From NCBI GenBank assembly GCA_028534125.1, contig CM052816.1, positions 36,148,001 through 36,212,000 on the forward strand: a stretch of 64,000 bases of DNA. Reading direction: 5' to 3'. The translations under genes were made by a program, and so were the position numbers. This document shows positions 51,291-64,000 of this stretch, piece by piece. The first letter of the stretch is position 1, and each line of letters opens with the position of its first letter. Under the pieces are notes generated by a model that was given only the letters and a program-made list of their open reading frames with translations, did no database searches and had not been told where the DNA came from. This DNA comes from Lama glama. Taxonomy: Eukaryota.

Positions 51291-53654
51291 AATGCCAGAG
51301 CATCTTGGACAGTTGCCTAAAATACCCTTGACATGATTAATGTGTTAAACTAATGATAAGAAAATTGTATCGTATGGAAGTGTAGATAATATTCTGAACA
51401 AGTACTAGGAGATGATATGCCTTGAGTCATTCTAAATACAACTCTCATTAATTTCAGGCATCTAAGCTAGTGATTTCCTTATGTCTGTTTGCATGAGGTA
51501 ATGATTGAGGATATGACCACCTTTATTCCTTTCATTGCAAAATTTGGATTCAAGCTAGTCATAGAACTGAAAGGCTAATTTAGATGAACCTCTATGAATG
51601 CTTCTACTCTAAAAAGCAACTAACGTTTGTTAATTTTTCTTTTCATTTAAATATGATAGATTGAAATGTTTAAAATCAATTTTCAAGTGGTTTAGACATT
51701 AAAATTGGCTTTGATCTTTTAGCATGCTTTTATTCTTAAATGTGTGTTATACTGTTAATATAATAGGAAGCAGATATTTAAATTGAATTAAAAATGGCCT
51801 GACAGCTAAAAAGGAATAATTATGATTTAAATAAAACCAAAACTGTAGACATGTATTTTTGTGACTATAATTTTTACAGAAACTCACTTTCATGACTATG
51901 GACTTTATAAAGTATAATGTAAAAAAGTGACTACAATTACATTTACATAAAACATCACAAATACAAAGAGAGAGTATATGGTGCCAATTTTTCCACACTA
52001 TTTTAGAAAATTTGGGTTTTACTATATTACTATTCTCTAGAGGGAAAAAAAATGCTTTAATGTAAAAGTATTAGCTAGCCATAAAAGTGTTACAAAAACT
52101 TTAAAATTAGTAATGTAAATGGCTTTCCCAGTTCTTCCCTGCAAAGTAAAAACACTAGCCAACAAATTGGAAGCAAAAAAGTCTTTGAAGAAATCACAGA
52201 GCTAGATACTGCATTGACGTATGGGGCACTTCCAGCAAGAATACGTCCCAAAACATCATGAGAACTGTCTATTAACACAACAGTTAACTTTGTATCTCAT
52301 GGATCTACGTGTTTCACTACATTTTGATAGGTTTATTTATACAAATTATAATCACTTAAGGACACAAAAAGTTACATGGTTTAAGGATTTCAAAGAGGGA
52401 GAGATGTCTTTAACTTTTATCAGAAATTTTGTAACTGATTATTTCAAATTGGGGTGTGGGCATTTATAAAAACTCCTTGAGAGAAAGAAAAGTGCTTCTT
52501 ATATGCTATCCAAGTTGGCTGCTGTGTTGCTTGGAGTTCAAGAATAATAACCAGGAGTATGCCTGCTACAATGCCTTTATTACTAAATCGTTGGCTAACT
52601 AACATTCATTGGCAAACTATTCTCTATTGTACTATGACTTGTTGTCTGAGGACAACAGTCTGCTTCAAGACTGACCAGACTGAGGTGGGTGGTGTTTTCC
52701 TATCTTTGGCGCAACTAGCTATCCCAGCAAAACTATAGTATGGGAATCTGTCTGTTCTCTCACAGTGAGGGAAAATTTCCAGCCAATACATTTGATTGTT
52801 CTTGTGTAAACAGCCCAAGTATTCAAAGGAACGACTTGACATAATGTTATGTGAAACCAGCTCCTGCCTGTTTCTGCTGGATACACCCAGCTCAGAGAGC
52901 TCTTTGTTAAATTACCTAGAGTCTGGGAGACAGGGCACTTTCAGCATGGCCATAAGAGTCATTAAAATACTGAATTACTTCTGTACCAGTTGGTGAATAG
53001 CCAAGGTCTTGAGTAGCCTTCCTCACCAACATCCCCTGGCCATCTTCACCTAGACCCTGGGCCCCTTCACCTCTCCATGATACAGCAACTCAAGGTGTAA
53101 TTCCTGGCAGAGCAGAGGCCCTCTGTTCCACTGCTACAAGCAGCATCTGCTCTAATTGGCCAGTGCCTATGTGCTTCTGGCTGTTGAATCTATTGAATCC
53201 CACCCTGAAAAGAGCTAGTGAAGTATTAGTTGAAGAACAGAAATCAAAAACCTCAGGACAATGATCAAAACAGAGCAAAGGGACTGCAGCAGGAAACCAG
53301 GTGGCCTTCAGATCCCCCTGCTTCTTTAAGGACAGTCTTCCTTCCTCATTCTTCCTGCCTCCACTTTTGGAGTCGGTTCTGTTTACAATTCTTCTTAGGA
53401 CTTACAGCGATTGCTCTCAAGTTCCATGGTGGAGCATTTCTGCTAATGAGCATATGCTGGAAATGTGTGGGTAGGATGATAACAACCCACCCACTTTTAA
53501 GCTTATTTTAGAAGATGCAAACATTAGAAAATGAAAATTAATTAATGAGCAAATTAAGGCAAATGCCAAACATCATGCATTTGAGATTTATGTATTTCCT
53601 TTTTTCTTTTGCCTTTCTATTTTCTTTTAAAAAACTAAATTACAGTGTGTCTCT

Positions 53655-54480
53655 AGTGACTTAAAACCCTCTGGTAGCTTCCCATTACTCTGAGAATGAA
53701 ATCCTCACCCCCTATCATGACCTGCAAGGTTCTCCACAATCTGGCGATGGCTGTTCTCTCTGAGCCGATCTCGTTGGTCCTCCCCATCCTCACTCCACAT
53801 CTGGCACACTCACCTTCCAAAGATGCGCTGAGCTGACTCCTCATCTTGGAGCCTTGGCACTAGCTGCTCCCTCTGTTCCAACTCTTCTGTGTGATCCTGT
53901 CTGTCATTCAGTTCTTGTCTCCATAGAGAGCCACTTCCTGATTGTCCTTTATGATATTGCTCTCCTTTGGTTTATCCATAGCTCCAGTCACTATTTGAAA
54001 TAATTTTATTATTTGTTCATGGTCTGTCTCCCTCCTTCTGAATGTGAGTTGTGAGTACAGGGACTTTTTTAAGGCTTGTTCACCACTGTAGCCCAGTTTC
54101 TAAAAGAATGAGAAGCAGTGTAACATAGAAGAGGCAATACAGAGGAGTGGTCGATATGCAGGCTTTGGAGCTAGAAAGCTTGTGTTAGAAACTCAGTCCT
54201 ACCACCTAATCATTGCTGCTTAACTGTAGGAAGCAGTAGCATCCATGCTGTAGGTTCCTGAGAAGATTAAATGAGCTAATACATTAGAAAATTCATTTAG
54301 AACAAAGTCTGGCACATGACAGACACTATATAAATATTTGATGTTTTTATGTTGTATTGTTTTCATCAGACTATAAGCTCCATGAGGGCAGGATTTTGCC
54401 GTTTTGTTTACTGGCCAATCCTTAGCACCTACAATGGTATGTGGCTCATGTTGGTACTCAAAAACTCAGGATGTTGAAGT
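53655..54480 (+). mobile_element. L2 3' region with MIR insertion and a second L2 terminus
   Basis: cttaaaaccct...gcttcccatt, ccttggcactagctgctccctctg, and two copies of the L2 terminus (~54040-54125 and ~54365-54480). Confidence 0.8.
54135..54345 (+). mobile_element. MIR SINE
   Basis: ggctttggagctaga...gaagattaaatgagctaatac...ttagaacaaagtctggcacat. Confidence 0.75.
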
Positions 54481-55547
54481 ATCTTTTATTCCCTAAATGA
54501 CATTAACTGTAGGAATTTGAGGGTAAGCTTTTTAAATTTCCTTCCTTATTTCCCCTGACATCTTTAAACACATAATGCCATGGTTAAATATTGGGTTTAC
54601 TTATGGCTGGAACTTTCCAGTTCTGGTGACTATAGCCTATGTAAATTGCTCCAGTTGTTAACTGATGGTAATACTCTTTCTTTCTAAGCTTAGCTGGACC
54701 TTAGAAACTCTTCTCAAACCAGTGTTGCAGGATGATGACGCTAATCAGAGTAGGATGCAAGGTAAAACCCATCGACTACCCTAAGGTCTAGGGGATGTGC
54801 TGGTTCTAGGACCGACATATATGGAGTTTATTTCTGTTCTACAGTCATTTGATAAACTTTCCTGTCCTTGCATCTCACTGGCCACTCACATGTGACAGAG
54901 AGAGAAACCAGGAAAGCTATTTCTGATTTCTTCCCAGGACACCATGGGACTTTGTTTTATCTTTTACAGGGTGGTTTACACTCAGATCACAGATAAGAGG
55001 ACTATGAGAAATTATTAAATCTCACTGCTTTAATTAAATGTTCTCCACCTGACTAATGGCAGCCAAAGAGGTACAAACTTGAATTCACTCTACACTCCTG
55101 AAGTGTTACCATTGCCTAAATATGAAAATTAAGTACTACTGGCTTCTCTTTAAAAAAAAAATGTTGTATATATGAAAAATCTCAGAGACGCTGATAAGGG
55201 TGTCAAAAACATTCAAAGGAGAAAGCAATTGTTATTTGAAAATCTTACTCTTCTTTACAATTTAATGAGATTTTGTTTGTTGAAGTTGCATTCACATTTA
55301 TTTCTTGCTTTCTGATCCAGGGATTGTTTAAATTGGCTGATTGGAGCATGGCATTAATGAGCTCATAGTCAGGGGTTCAGTTCCCTGTCGTCCTGTCAGA
55401 GTCAGTTTCAACACAGACAAGGCTGTTCTACAGTCACTGACCCTACTGTCATTCTGTTCCCTGCCCCCTACACATGTGGCCAGATGTATACAAGGTAATG
55501 GCTTCATTCTCGCATTCAATACAACAACATTTACTAAACTCTTATTA

Positions 55548-55713
55548 CGATTATTCCATCAACTCTAAGATAACAATGATGATAAGATGCACCACCACTT
55601 TAATATTAGGAGTAAAAGAAACTATATTGCATTAAATAAACCCAAGGATCACAACGTGTATAGAAACATAAAATGTAAGAAAACACATTTGTCTTAGAAT
55701 TTGGAAAATATGG
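55548..55713. mobile_element. MER104-like TcMar-Tc2 MITE
   Basis: ttccatcaactctaagat...taagatgcacca...aaaatgtaagaaaa...tcttagaatttggaaaatatgg with inverted termini. Confidence 0.6.
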
Positions 55714-55961
55714 TTTGGCGTGTAACTCTTTACCATTACAAGGAAACAACACAGAAGTATATATTTTGTACTTTCGATGGAGTCACCTTTAATTTAATAC
55801 ACACTTTATTAGATCTAAAGCTCATTCTCTGTATAAGACTAAACTCCTTGCCCTATATACTGAGATAGTATTCACTCATTTATGTAGCTATCTATATTAT
55901 TTTAAATATATATTTTTATATAAAATGACATATTTTATAAATACACAGTTATATATAAATA

Positions 55962-56183
55962 CAGTTGACCCTTGAACAACACAGTTGTTGTTGCATGGCT
56001 CCTCTTATACGTGCATTGTTTTCACTAAATATGTACTGTAGTACTACATGATCTGTGGTTGGTTGAAACCAGGGATATGGAGGAAGTGGGGATATGGAGG
56101 GCTGTCTGTCAAGTTACATGTGGATGTTCGACTATGCAGAGAGTTGGTACCCTTAATCCCCACGTTTTTCCAAGACGCAACTA
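55962..56183 (+). mobile_element. Tigger2a (artiodactyl-type) MITE, second copy
   Basis: TA-cagttgacccttgaacaac...caagacgcaacta-TA; colinear with 9315-9533. Confidence 0.85.
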
Positions 56184-56299
56184 TATATTATATATTTATG
56201 CATAAATACAAGTATGTTTTATATATATATATATATATTATCTATATCTATGTATCCTATTTTCATGTACCAGTAAGGGTGAAAATTAAATATAAAATT

Positions 56300-57095
56300 A
56301 AAATAAATGAGAGTGATAAGACCCCAAATAGAAACAAGGTAATCTGTTAACGAGTGCCTGGGAAGAGGAGCAATCTACTTGGGGTTGGTCAGGGAAACCA
56401 GAGGAGGACACAGTTGAGCTAAAACCCTGACGAAGAGATATAGCAAACAATAGGAAGCCAGGGGGCAGAATGTTCCAGGTAGAGGGAACAGAGCAAGAGT
56501 TCTAAGGTGGAAAGGAAACTGGCATATTTGAACAGCAACTACAATAACAACTAAAGCCAAGAGTCTGGAGCTAGAGAGTGAAAAGTTGATGATATAATAT
56601 GAGTTCAAGATGATAGGCAGGGCAGAGATGACAGGGGCTGGGAGGCTACAGTAACGAGTTTTTATTTATGATCAATGGGGAGTATTGGAATAGCCAAACA
56701 GAATCATAATGTGTTTTGCTTTGCACTGAAAAAATTTCATTAGATAGTTATGTGTGTCCTAAGTGGGGCAGGAATGGAGGTAGGAAGATCAGTTTGTGGG
56801 TTATTACAGGATAGAAATGATGAAAGCTTGGTAAGGGTGAGAGTGGTGATGACAGGACAGATTTGGGATCTGTTTTGGAGATAGAGTGTCAGAATTTACT
56901 GATGGGATTGTTTTTCGAGTGGGGAAAAGAGGAATCAAACAAAATTTTGACTTGATCAACAAGGTGGGTGGTAATGCCACTTTGAGATGGGGAAAGAATC
57001 ACTTTTTTGACAGAAGGTTGAGAAGTCAAGACTCCTGCTTTGACCATGATAGTTTTGAGAAATGCCTATAACACATTTAAATAGAGATCCCAGTC
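56300..57095 (-). mobile_element. L2 fragment
   Basis: ggtcagggaa...tgagctaaaaccctga...gttccaggtagagggaacag...gatttgggatctgttttggagatagag. Confidence 0.75.
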
Positions 57096-57945
57096 ATCAT
57101 AGAAACAACATAAAACAAACTGATAATATGAAAATTTTGTTTTATGTCATTTTTGAAAATGTGAGATATTCAAAGTGAAGAAACTAGAGTCATCGAGCCT
57201 AACAATTATTTAGCAAGTTAATTCTAGAAAACCACGATTCTGGTTCCTGAATTCTTATCTTCAATAACAGCTCAAAAAGGAATATTGGTCTGTATTGATG
57301 TGGTATTGCATTATAAGATACATTTTAAAGATGTATTTTAAGAAATGTTTATAACATAGTAGTAGGAAATACTATATAAAGTCTTATTATTATTATTCCC
57401 TCAGCTCTGAGACATCACTGATGATAAGATGTGCCATCACTTTTTATTAGGAGTAAAAGAAACTTTATTGCATTAAATAAACCCATGTAATACAAGATTT
57501 ATTTCTATAATAATGGCATTTGAGCTACTGCCTGTAGGCCAAAGGGTTTTCCAAGCACTGAATCCAAGATAGATAAAAAATGATGGACAAAAATTTAACA
57601 GATTCTATTCTGGCAAATATCTGCAAGAGTACATGATGGACAAGAAGTTTAAAACATATTATGTTGTGATCCAGACAGAATATACCACATTCCTTGGAGT
57701 TCTTAGAGGTGTATCATATTTTGTTACTATATAAATAGCCTTAGACTTACTTAGGAATAATGAACCACAAGATTCAGTAACATGGTCTTGTTTATAATAC
57801 CAAAAATATGAGGTATTCAAACTTATGCAACTTAGGATACCAGAGCTTTTATTTATATAGTGCTGCAAATGTACAGAAAGCTAATAGATTTGAGTGGTGC
57901 CAAAAAAAACCCCCAAAACGACAACAAAAAAAAGCAAGAGCCAAG

Positions 57946-60049
57946 TGTTATAATTTGGGTTCAATGGAAAGCCAACTGCAATGGAGATATGTGTGGAGCT
58001 GCTTTACTGGGTGTGGTCTTGGGAAAGGCACTGCTAATGGGAAGAAGGAAGCAGGGTTGTGTAGAGGGAGAAGCTGAACCACAGTGCAATTGCAATAGAG
58101 CCCTCAGCCAAACTCACAAGGAGCTCTCAGCTGGAACGGCTCTTTTGAAGTGTCTTGGGTTAAGGTAAGGGGTCTTGGCTTGTGTAACCGCTCACTGACT
58201 ACGGATTTAATGTGGGTGCAAGCTTAGGTGAAGCACCTTCCTGCAGCTGAGGGCAGTCCCTGAGGAGGGACTCTACACTGGGCTGTCAACAGACAATACA
58301 ACCAGCAGCTGGGAATGAGTGCCTTGGTCCTGAAAGTGGGTGCTAGAGTCCACCATCTGTGCTACTCAGATCCACTTGCCTTGTGTAATAGGCTCACCCT
58401 ACCTGGGAATGACTCCTCTGGGATTCCGAACGATTTCTTTTCCTGGGGACACTTACTACAGTGATGTTTGTAAGATGAACTATATTCCCCTCACCACAGC
58501 TGGTGGTCTCAGGGCTGCAACTGAGCATCTTCTTCCTCGACTACCCCTTCTAGATTCCTCTTAGCTTCAGCTCGCACCTCTCTTTGTCTAGGTGGTTTAC
58601 CTAGACCTTATCTCTGACTCAGATCTTAACTCTGGGAGGTCATTGTGCCCTTCTCAGATCATAGCTGGTGCACTTGTCCATTTATTTTCAACTAAATGAC
58701 TCCTTGAGGAAAATGTTTCCTTACCTGCTGATCACTTGGCTCAAGGAGCCCAAAGTGACTGGGAAGTAGCTTACAATATGGTGGGAATCTTTCTCTCTCC
58801 CCTCATGAAAGCATTCTACTTTCACCAATACCAAGACAAGATGAATCACTGCCAGCAACAGAGACCAAGGCTGAACTCATGATACAGTACCACCTCTAGA
58901 GGAGACGAAACATTCTTTGGTGGCAAGTCTATTACACTGAACTTTTCTTCTATCCTGTTATCAACTCTATTATACTACCTGTTTCAGGATGGAAGAGGTC
59001 CAATGTAACTGACTGCCACCACAGGATGTTTTAATTCTCCATGGGATAAAGCCATAGTTGGGGTTTGGTTTTAGTCTTTGTTGTCCATTCAGGAGCAGTG
59101 TCACTAGATAAGCCTGAGTGGAAAGTCTGTGCTGTTTGGAACATCATGCCCTCTATCCCTGCCAATGTGGCTACTCTGTTCATGCAAATACTGTTTCAGC
59201 ATTGGGGTGGCTGATTATGTAGGCTGCAAAATGTCCCCTGCCCAAAACATCTTGTCTACTTTGTTGATTGATACCTCTTCTGAGGTGGATGACCTTTGGG
59301 AGGCAAAACCACATGACACAAAGATCTTCAGACTTTATGCCCACTCCTGCATCCACACACCTCTTTGCCTCATGGTCTCTGACCTTTTAACCTTTCTCCT
59401 TTCAGGCTCCTGAGCAACCACTGAAGCTATGTACCACTTCGGGTAATATACCTGGCTCAGGCCACTTCTTTTTCTGCACAAAGTGGATGACTAGTAGCAC
59501 CACCTGAAGCTCCACTGGGAGGATTTCCTCACTGATGTCTTTCAGGTCCGCCCTGAAGATGAAATGGCAAACCATCTTAGTTTGTACCTGCATGCTAAGC
59601 TAAATCATCCATGCTTTCTCCTCCAGCAGCTGGTTATAAAGGGACACCCCATCCTGGGCATAGGTGTGAGATGAGAAGACACTGGTGAAACAGGGGTGGC
59701 TGTCCTAAGGAGGTATGGAAGGTAGGGTTGGGCAGAGGGAAAAGTTAAACTGTGGCTCAGCTGCAGGAGAGCCATTAGCAGACCCCACAGGGAACTGGAA
59801 AGTTAGTATGGCTCTTTAGATTCATACTGAATTCCAAATTAAAGCCAGAAGCTGGAAGCTGTAGTTCTGCCTGGACCAGTCATTAGATGTGGGCTGCCTC
59901 TACAGAGAGAATGTAACCTTGGGTGAGGCAAGTCCCTTGAGTTTAGGGCAATTCCTGGTGTGGGATTAGCATCACTACAGGTGGTTGGAGGAGTAAGCGC
60001 CTAAGTCTTGAAGTAGGGGATCTTGGTGGCACACCAAAGATCCATTACA
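57946..60049 (-). mobile_element. Internally deleted ERVL provirus with LTR33-like LTRs
   Basis: LTR33-like copies at 57946-58368 and ~59710-60049 with ERVL pol remnants between them. Flanks ccaag/ccaac fit a 5-bp TSD. Confidence 0.85.
59402..59560 (-). pseudogene. ERVL pol RNase H remnant
   Basis: Track ORF DLKDISEE...ELQVVLLVIHFVQKKKWPE...GCSGA resembles ERVL LKDSGEGKSSQWAELRAVHLVIHFVWKEKWPE...GWSGA. Confidence 0.8.
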
Positions 60050-60289
60050 CCAACCCTCAACCATACAAATTTACCCAGGATAATTCATACCATTTGAAGA
60101 AATAAGGCAAACAATTACTGGATTGGTTGAAGCCAAAATAATACACAATAACAGCACTTTGAATTGGGGAGACTACTGGCATTCTGATAACCTCAATAAC
60201 TGGGCATCATACAGGTAAATGTTGAGAGGGGAGAGGCAGGAATAAAGGAGCAGAGTACTGGGATCGAAATGAGATGTATTATCACATCT

Positions 60290-61570
60290 ATGTCCATCTG
60301 AAGCCTGGTCTGCCTCCCTTCATGCTTGAGACCGAGTGAAAAACACCAAAAGGCAGCCCCAGTACATTCAGTCATGTGTGACAAAAACCTGGCTATCATC
60401 TTTGACTCTTTTCTTGCCTCCACATTAGGTTCAATCCCCGCACTCTGTGGGCAGGCACTCTGATTTTTCTTAAACGCACCCACTCCTCTTTATACATACT
60501 GCCGTAGTTCGAGCTCTTAGTCACTTTTCCCTGGCTCATGGAAATGGTTTGTTTCCCTGCCTTCCACCTCACAGCTTCCTTGGGCTTTTATACACTGCAC
60601 TAAACTTTAGCTACAATGATTTTTTTAGAAAGCAGATGTGATAATGTTATGTTTAAAATTCACAAATGGCTACTTATTGCTCTCCTTATTAATTCCAGTT
60701 CCCTAAATGGAATACAAAGCACTTCCTGACCTAGTCTCTGCTAACCCCTTGTCCCCTCTCTCACCACTCCTGCCTGGCCTCCTTCTCTATTAGTCTTCTA
60801 AGCCTGGGTTTCACTCACACTGTTCCCTCTGTCTTCTGGGCTTTAGCTTCAGTTGCTGCCTTTCCCCAGAAAGCTTCTGTGGAAGGGAGACCAGTGGTTC
60901 CCCAAAGACATCCACATTCTAGTCCCTGCAACCTTTGACTATGTTACCTCAAATGGCCAAAGGGCCTTTGGAGGCTTGATTAAGCTAAGGCTCTTGAGAC
61001 GGGGAGATTAGCTGGGATTACCCAGATGGACCCAAAGTAATCACAAAATTCCTTATAGAAAGGGGGCTGAGAGTCACAGAAGGTAATGTGCTGAAGAAAG
61101 CAGAGGTCAGGGTGAGGTCATTGCTAGAAGGGGGCTGTGGACCAAGGAATGCTGCAGCCCCTGGAAGTGAGGGACAGATTTGCTCTTAGAGTCTCCAGAA
61201 GGAACACAACTCTGCTGACACCTGGATTTTAGCCTAGTAAGACCCATTTCAGATTTCTGACCTCCAGAATTGTAAAAGAATACATCTTGTGGGTTATTTT
61301 AAGCCACTAAATCTGTTGTAAATTTAGTGTAACAGTACACCTCACCTGTGGCCGAAGTCTGTTAACTCAGGCTCAGCTGAAGCAACGATTCTGGTGGCGA
61401 GATTCTCCTCTATGTTCCCACAGCTGATGCAATATTCCTTCTACTTTGTACAGTTATCTATTTGCTCTCCACCCCCACCCCTTCCCCTTCTAAACTTTTA
61501 GACCTGCTTGAGAGCTGTAACTCTGTCTTACCTTCTTTCAGTCCCAGGCAGCAAAATACGTGGTACATAG
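60290..61570 (+). mobile_element. L2 fragment split by MLT1D
   Basis: aaacctggctatcatctttgactc, tcactcacactgttccctctg and, after the LTR, ttagacctgcttgagagc...tggtacatagg. Confidence 0.65.
60878..61339 (+). mobile_element. MaLR LTR (MLT1D-like)
   Basis: ccccaaagacatccacattctagtccctg...gagacggggagatta...ccagaaggaacacaactctgctgacacc...ttttaagccactaa. Confidence 0.88.
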
Positions 61571-64000
61571 GTCCAGTGAAGTCATAACACCTCTTTTGCC
61601 ACTGTCACCCCAAGGTTTCCCTCTACAATTCAAAGCCACCGCTGCTGCTCAGATGTAGGGGACATTGTTTTCTATTTTTGAGGACTTAGGCTTATTTGGG
61701 GTTTATGCAAAAAGAGAGTGTAGTAGTTCACACAAGTCAGCTCAGATGAGCTGGCAAAGTCCCAGGCACAGGAGGGGTCCTTCTGCAGGGCATTCATGGA
61801 GGCCTGGGCAGACCTTGAACTGAGCTTCCAGTCACAAAGAACACTCCATCGGGCTCTTTGCACTGTGCTCCTGGAATCTGGAGAGGTGGCCATCAGCTTT
61901 CCCTGGGGCCCCTGGCGCTGGTCGAGCAGCTCCCTGCTGTCCACTGTGACCTCCTCCTTTCTGAAGCCTCTAGGTCTGTCCTGCCTCAGCCTTTTCTTTT
62001 ACCTGTTCTATTTCTATGGCCTGAACTTCCTTATTTGCTTCCCTCAGGCCCCCTCTTTTGATTCTCTAGAGATTGTTTTAGAAATTAAAAACAAATACCC
62101 CAAATTGACTTCTCCTCAAGGCTATGTGCTTGCCTCTAGCTGATTGGGGTGGGGGGGAGTCACAGGAGTTCAGAAGAAAAACACAAATATTCCAAAAAAT
62201 TATCTTGCTGCTTTCCAGTCTCATTATAAATAAATACTGATGAAATGGATGAGACGTGAGTGAGAGGAAATGGGCGAGAATATCAAGGTTTCAGTCAGGG
62301 AAGTATTTTTACTTGGTGGTCCTGATACCACTGGTTGACAGTCTGTTTTTGACAACCTCCAGGCTGAACACTTTGTCTAGAAACTGAATAACCTGGAAAA
62401 TGCTGTCAAAGGCTGCTGTGAAGAAAGCTCAATTTGTAAGGAACCAGATGAGAGAAGATGCAGTTTAGGTACCCCAAGCATCCACCTCTCCCACACTCTT
62501 CTTCCCGATTCATATTTTTGCATATAGTGGGAAAGAGGGTGGTTTTCTTAGGCCTCTCAGTCCTCCTTAGCACCAAGAGCCCCTCTTGGTCACTCCCTTT
62601 TCCTCTGGGCCAACACCCCCTTTGCTGTGACTACCCTCTTGAACTCCTGGAATCAGGCCCCATGGCTACTTGATGACACCTCACTCTTTGCCAGGAGAGT
62701 CCGGTTGTGGAAGGGCTGCCTGTGCTGCCTCATTCTTTCATTCTGCACACCACTGTCGCACTGGGGGCAGAGGTGACTGAGGCTACAGTGGACTGAGTTG
62801 ACAACACAGCAGGAAACAATCTGAAGTTCCCCAAGCCCCTCAAGGAGATGATCTCTTCTCAAAATTTGTTCTCACTTCTCTTCAGGTCTCTTGGCAAAAC
62901 TGGGTACTTTGTACATCTACCCTGGGTCACACCACCAGCTTTCAGGGAACCCCGCCTGGTACTCAGAAGGCTTGGTCTGATCTCAGATTCCATCTTCTTC
63001 CCCGTCCTTATCCCTTCCCTTCTGTAACACAAAGACCCATTTCCATTGCTTTGAAATGACAGCCTGTCAAGACTTCATTGTGTTCTTATCTGAGGCCCTC
63101 AGTGCCTCAGTCTGTCTCTGGGAAAGCAAGGGGGGAAATTCAGTTCTCTAGCTAGATTTATCTCATTTGTAGACAGCAGAAAATCCACGGTCATTGCCAA
63201 ACCTCTGCTAATGGTTTTTAGTGGGAGATAGCAGAAGTTTTCAAAGGAGTTTTCATTGTTACACTGGAGGGAAGAGGGTGAACGGGAGAATATAAAGCTA
63301 TGCTTTACAGTTTGGTGAAGTCTTCGTCCTGGGAGGGGTGGTCTTTTCATTCTACTGCTCAGGAAGGGCCCTTTCGTTCTGATGGTTGCCTAGCTTTGTT
63401 CCCACAGTGAACTTCTTTTATTCTCTTTAAAGATAGCAGGATCAGATGTAGAGTGACCCCCTTAGCACCTCCCCCTTCCCATCTTGAGCTGCTCAGAAGC
63501 CTGATTCTTAAAACAAGCTCAGGTATTTCACCAAGTGATGTGTCCCTAGTGGGGAAAAGTCACAGCTTTATTGATTAAAATCTTGGTATAACATCCATAA
63601 TTGGACTTTTCCTGTTAACTTGGTGCCAGGTTGCCTCACCACTTTCTCTAGGGACTATACATCAGATGCTATTTTTCATGCTCCTGTTTGCTGATAAGGG
63701 CTTGATAAAACCACTAGTTTGACCTGATATTAGATTTCCGGAGATGAAAGCATTGGTACAGATTGCCAAATGTCCTCAAATGCACTGACAATCCATACCA
63801 GTATTTTAAGAGAAATGTATGACTCGGGGGAAAAAAATATCTTTAGGTTTGGGGGTGTGTGTGTTTTCATTCTCTACCTTCAGCATGTATTTTTATCCAT
63901 TGCAAACAAGTTTCAATCAATAATTAAAATTGGTAAACAGATCTACAGGAGAAAAATCCTTCAGCTTGAGTTTAACAGATTGCCTCTCCAAGTCACTCCC

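Overview
Mammalian nuclear DNA, most likely camelid (Camelus/Vicugna). The evidence is a tRNA-Ala-derived SINE of the Vic-1 type at 30421-30514 and two artiodactyl-type Tigger2a MITEs. It is repeat-rich intergenic or intronic sequence. I recognise no intact protein-coding gene, rRNA, bona fide tRNA or CRISPR array. Bases 1-5160 hold the 5' part of a fairly young, 5'-complete LINE-1 on the minus strand, with frameshifted ORF1/ORF2, a CpG-rich 5'UTR and a canonical TT/AAAA integration site. Bases ~8100-20280 are a nested stack of Tigger and plus-strand L1 elements, including a ~6.1 kb ORF1-less L1 inserted into an older L1. The rest is AT-rich unique DNA with ancient repeats (L2, MIR, CR1/L3, MER5, MaLR and ERVL LTRs, two LTR-int-LTR proviral relics, and a probable AmnSINE-type relic). 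The best non-repeat leads are a CpG-retaining LTR next to an ETS motif and minus-strand splice donors (~20.8-21.5 kb, possible exapted promoter), a candidate 78-nt minus-strand coding exon at 6139-6216, and a stop-poor minus-strand frame at ~62.2-63.4 kb that may be a decayed large exon. Repeat names come from recalled consensus sequences, not database searches, so subfamily labels and boundaries are approximate. I found no convincing novel biological system; the findings are leads.
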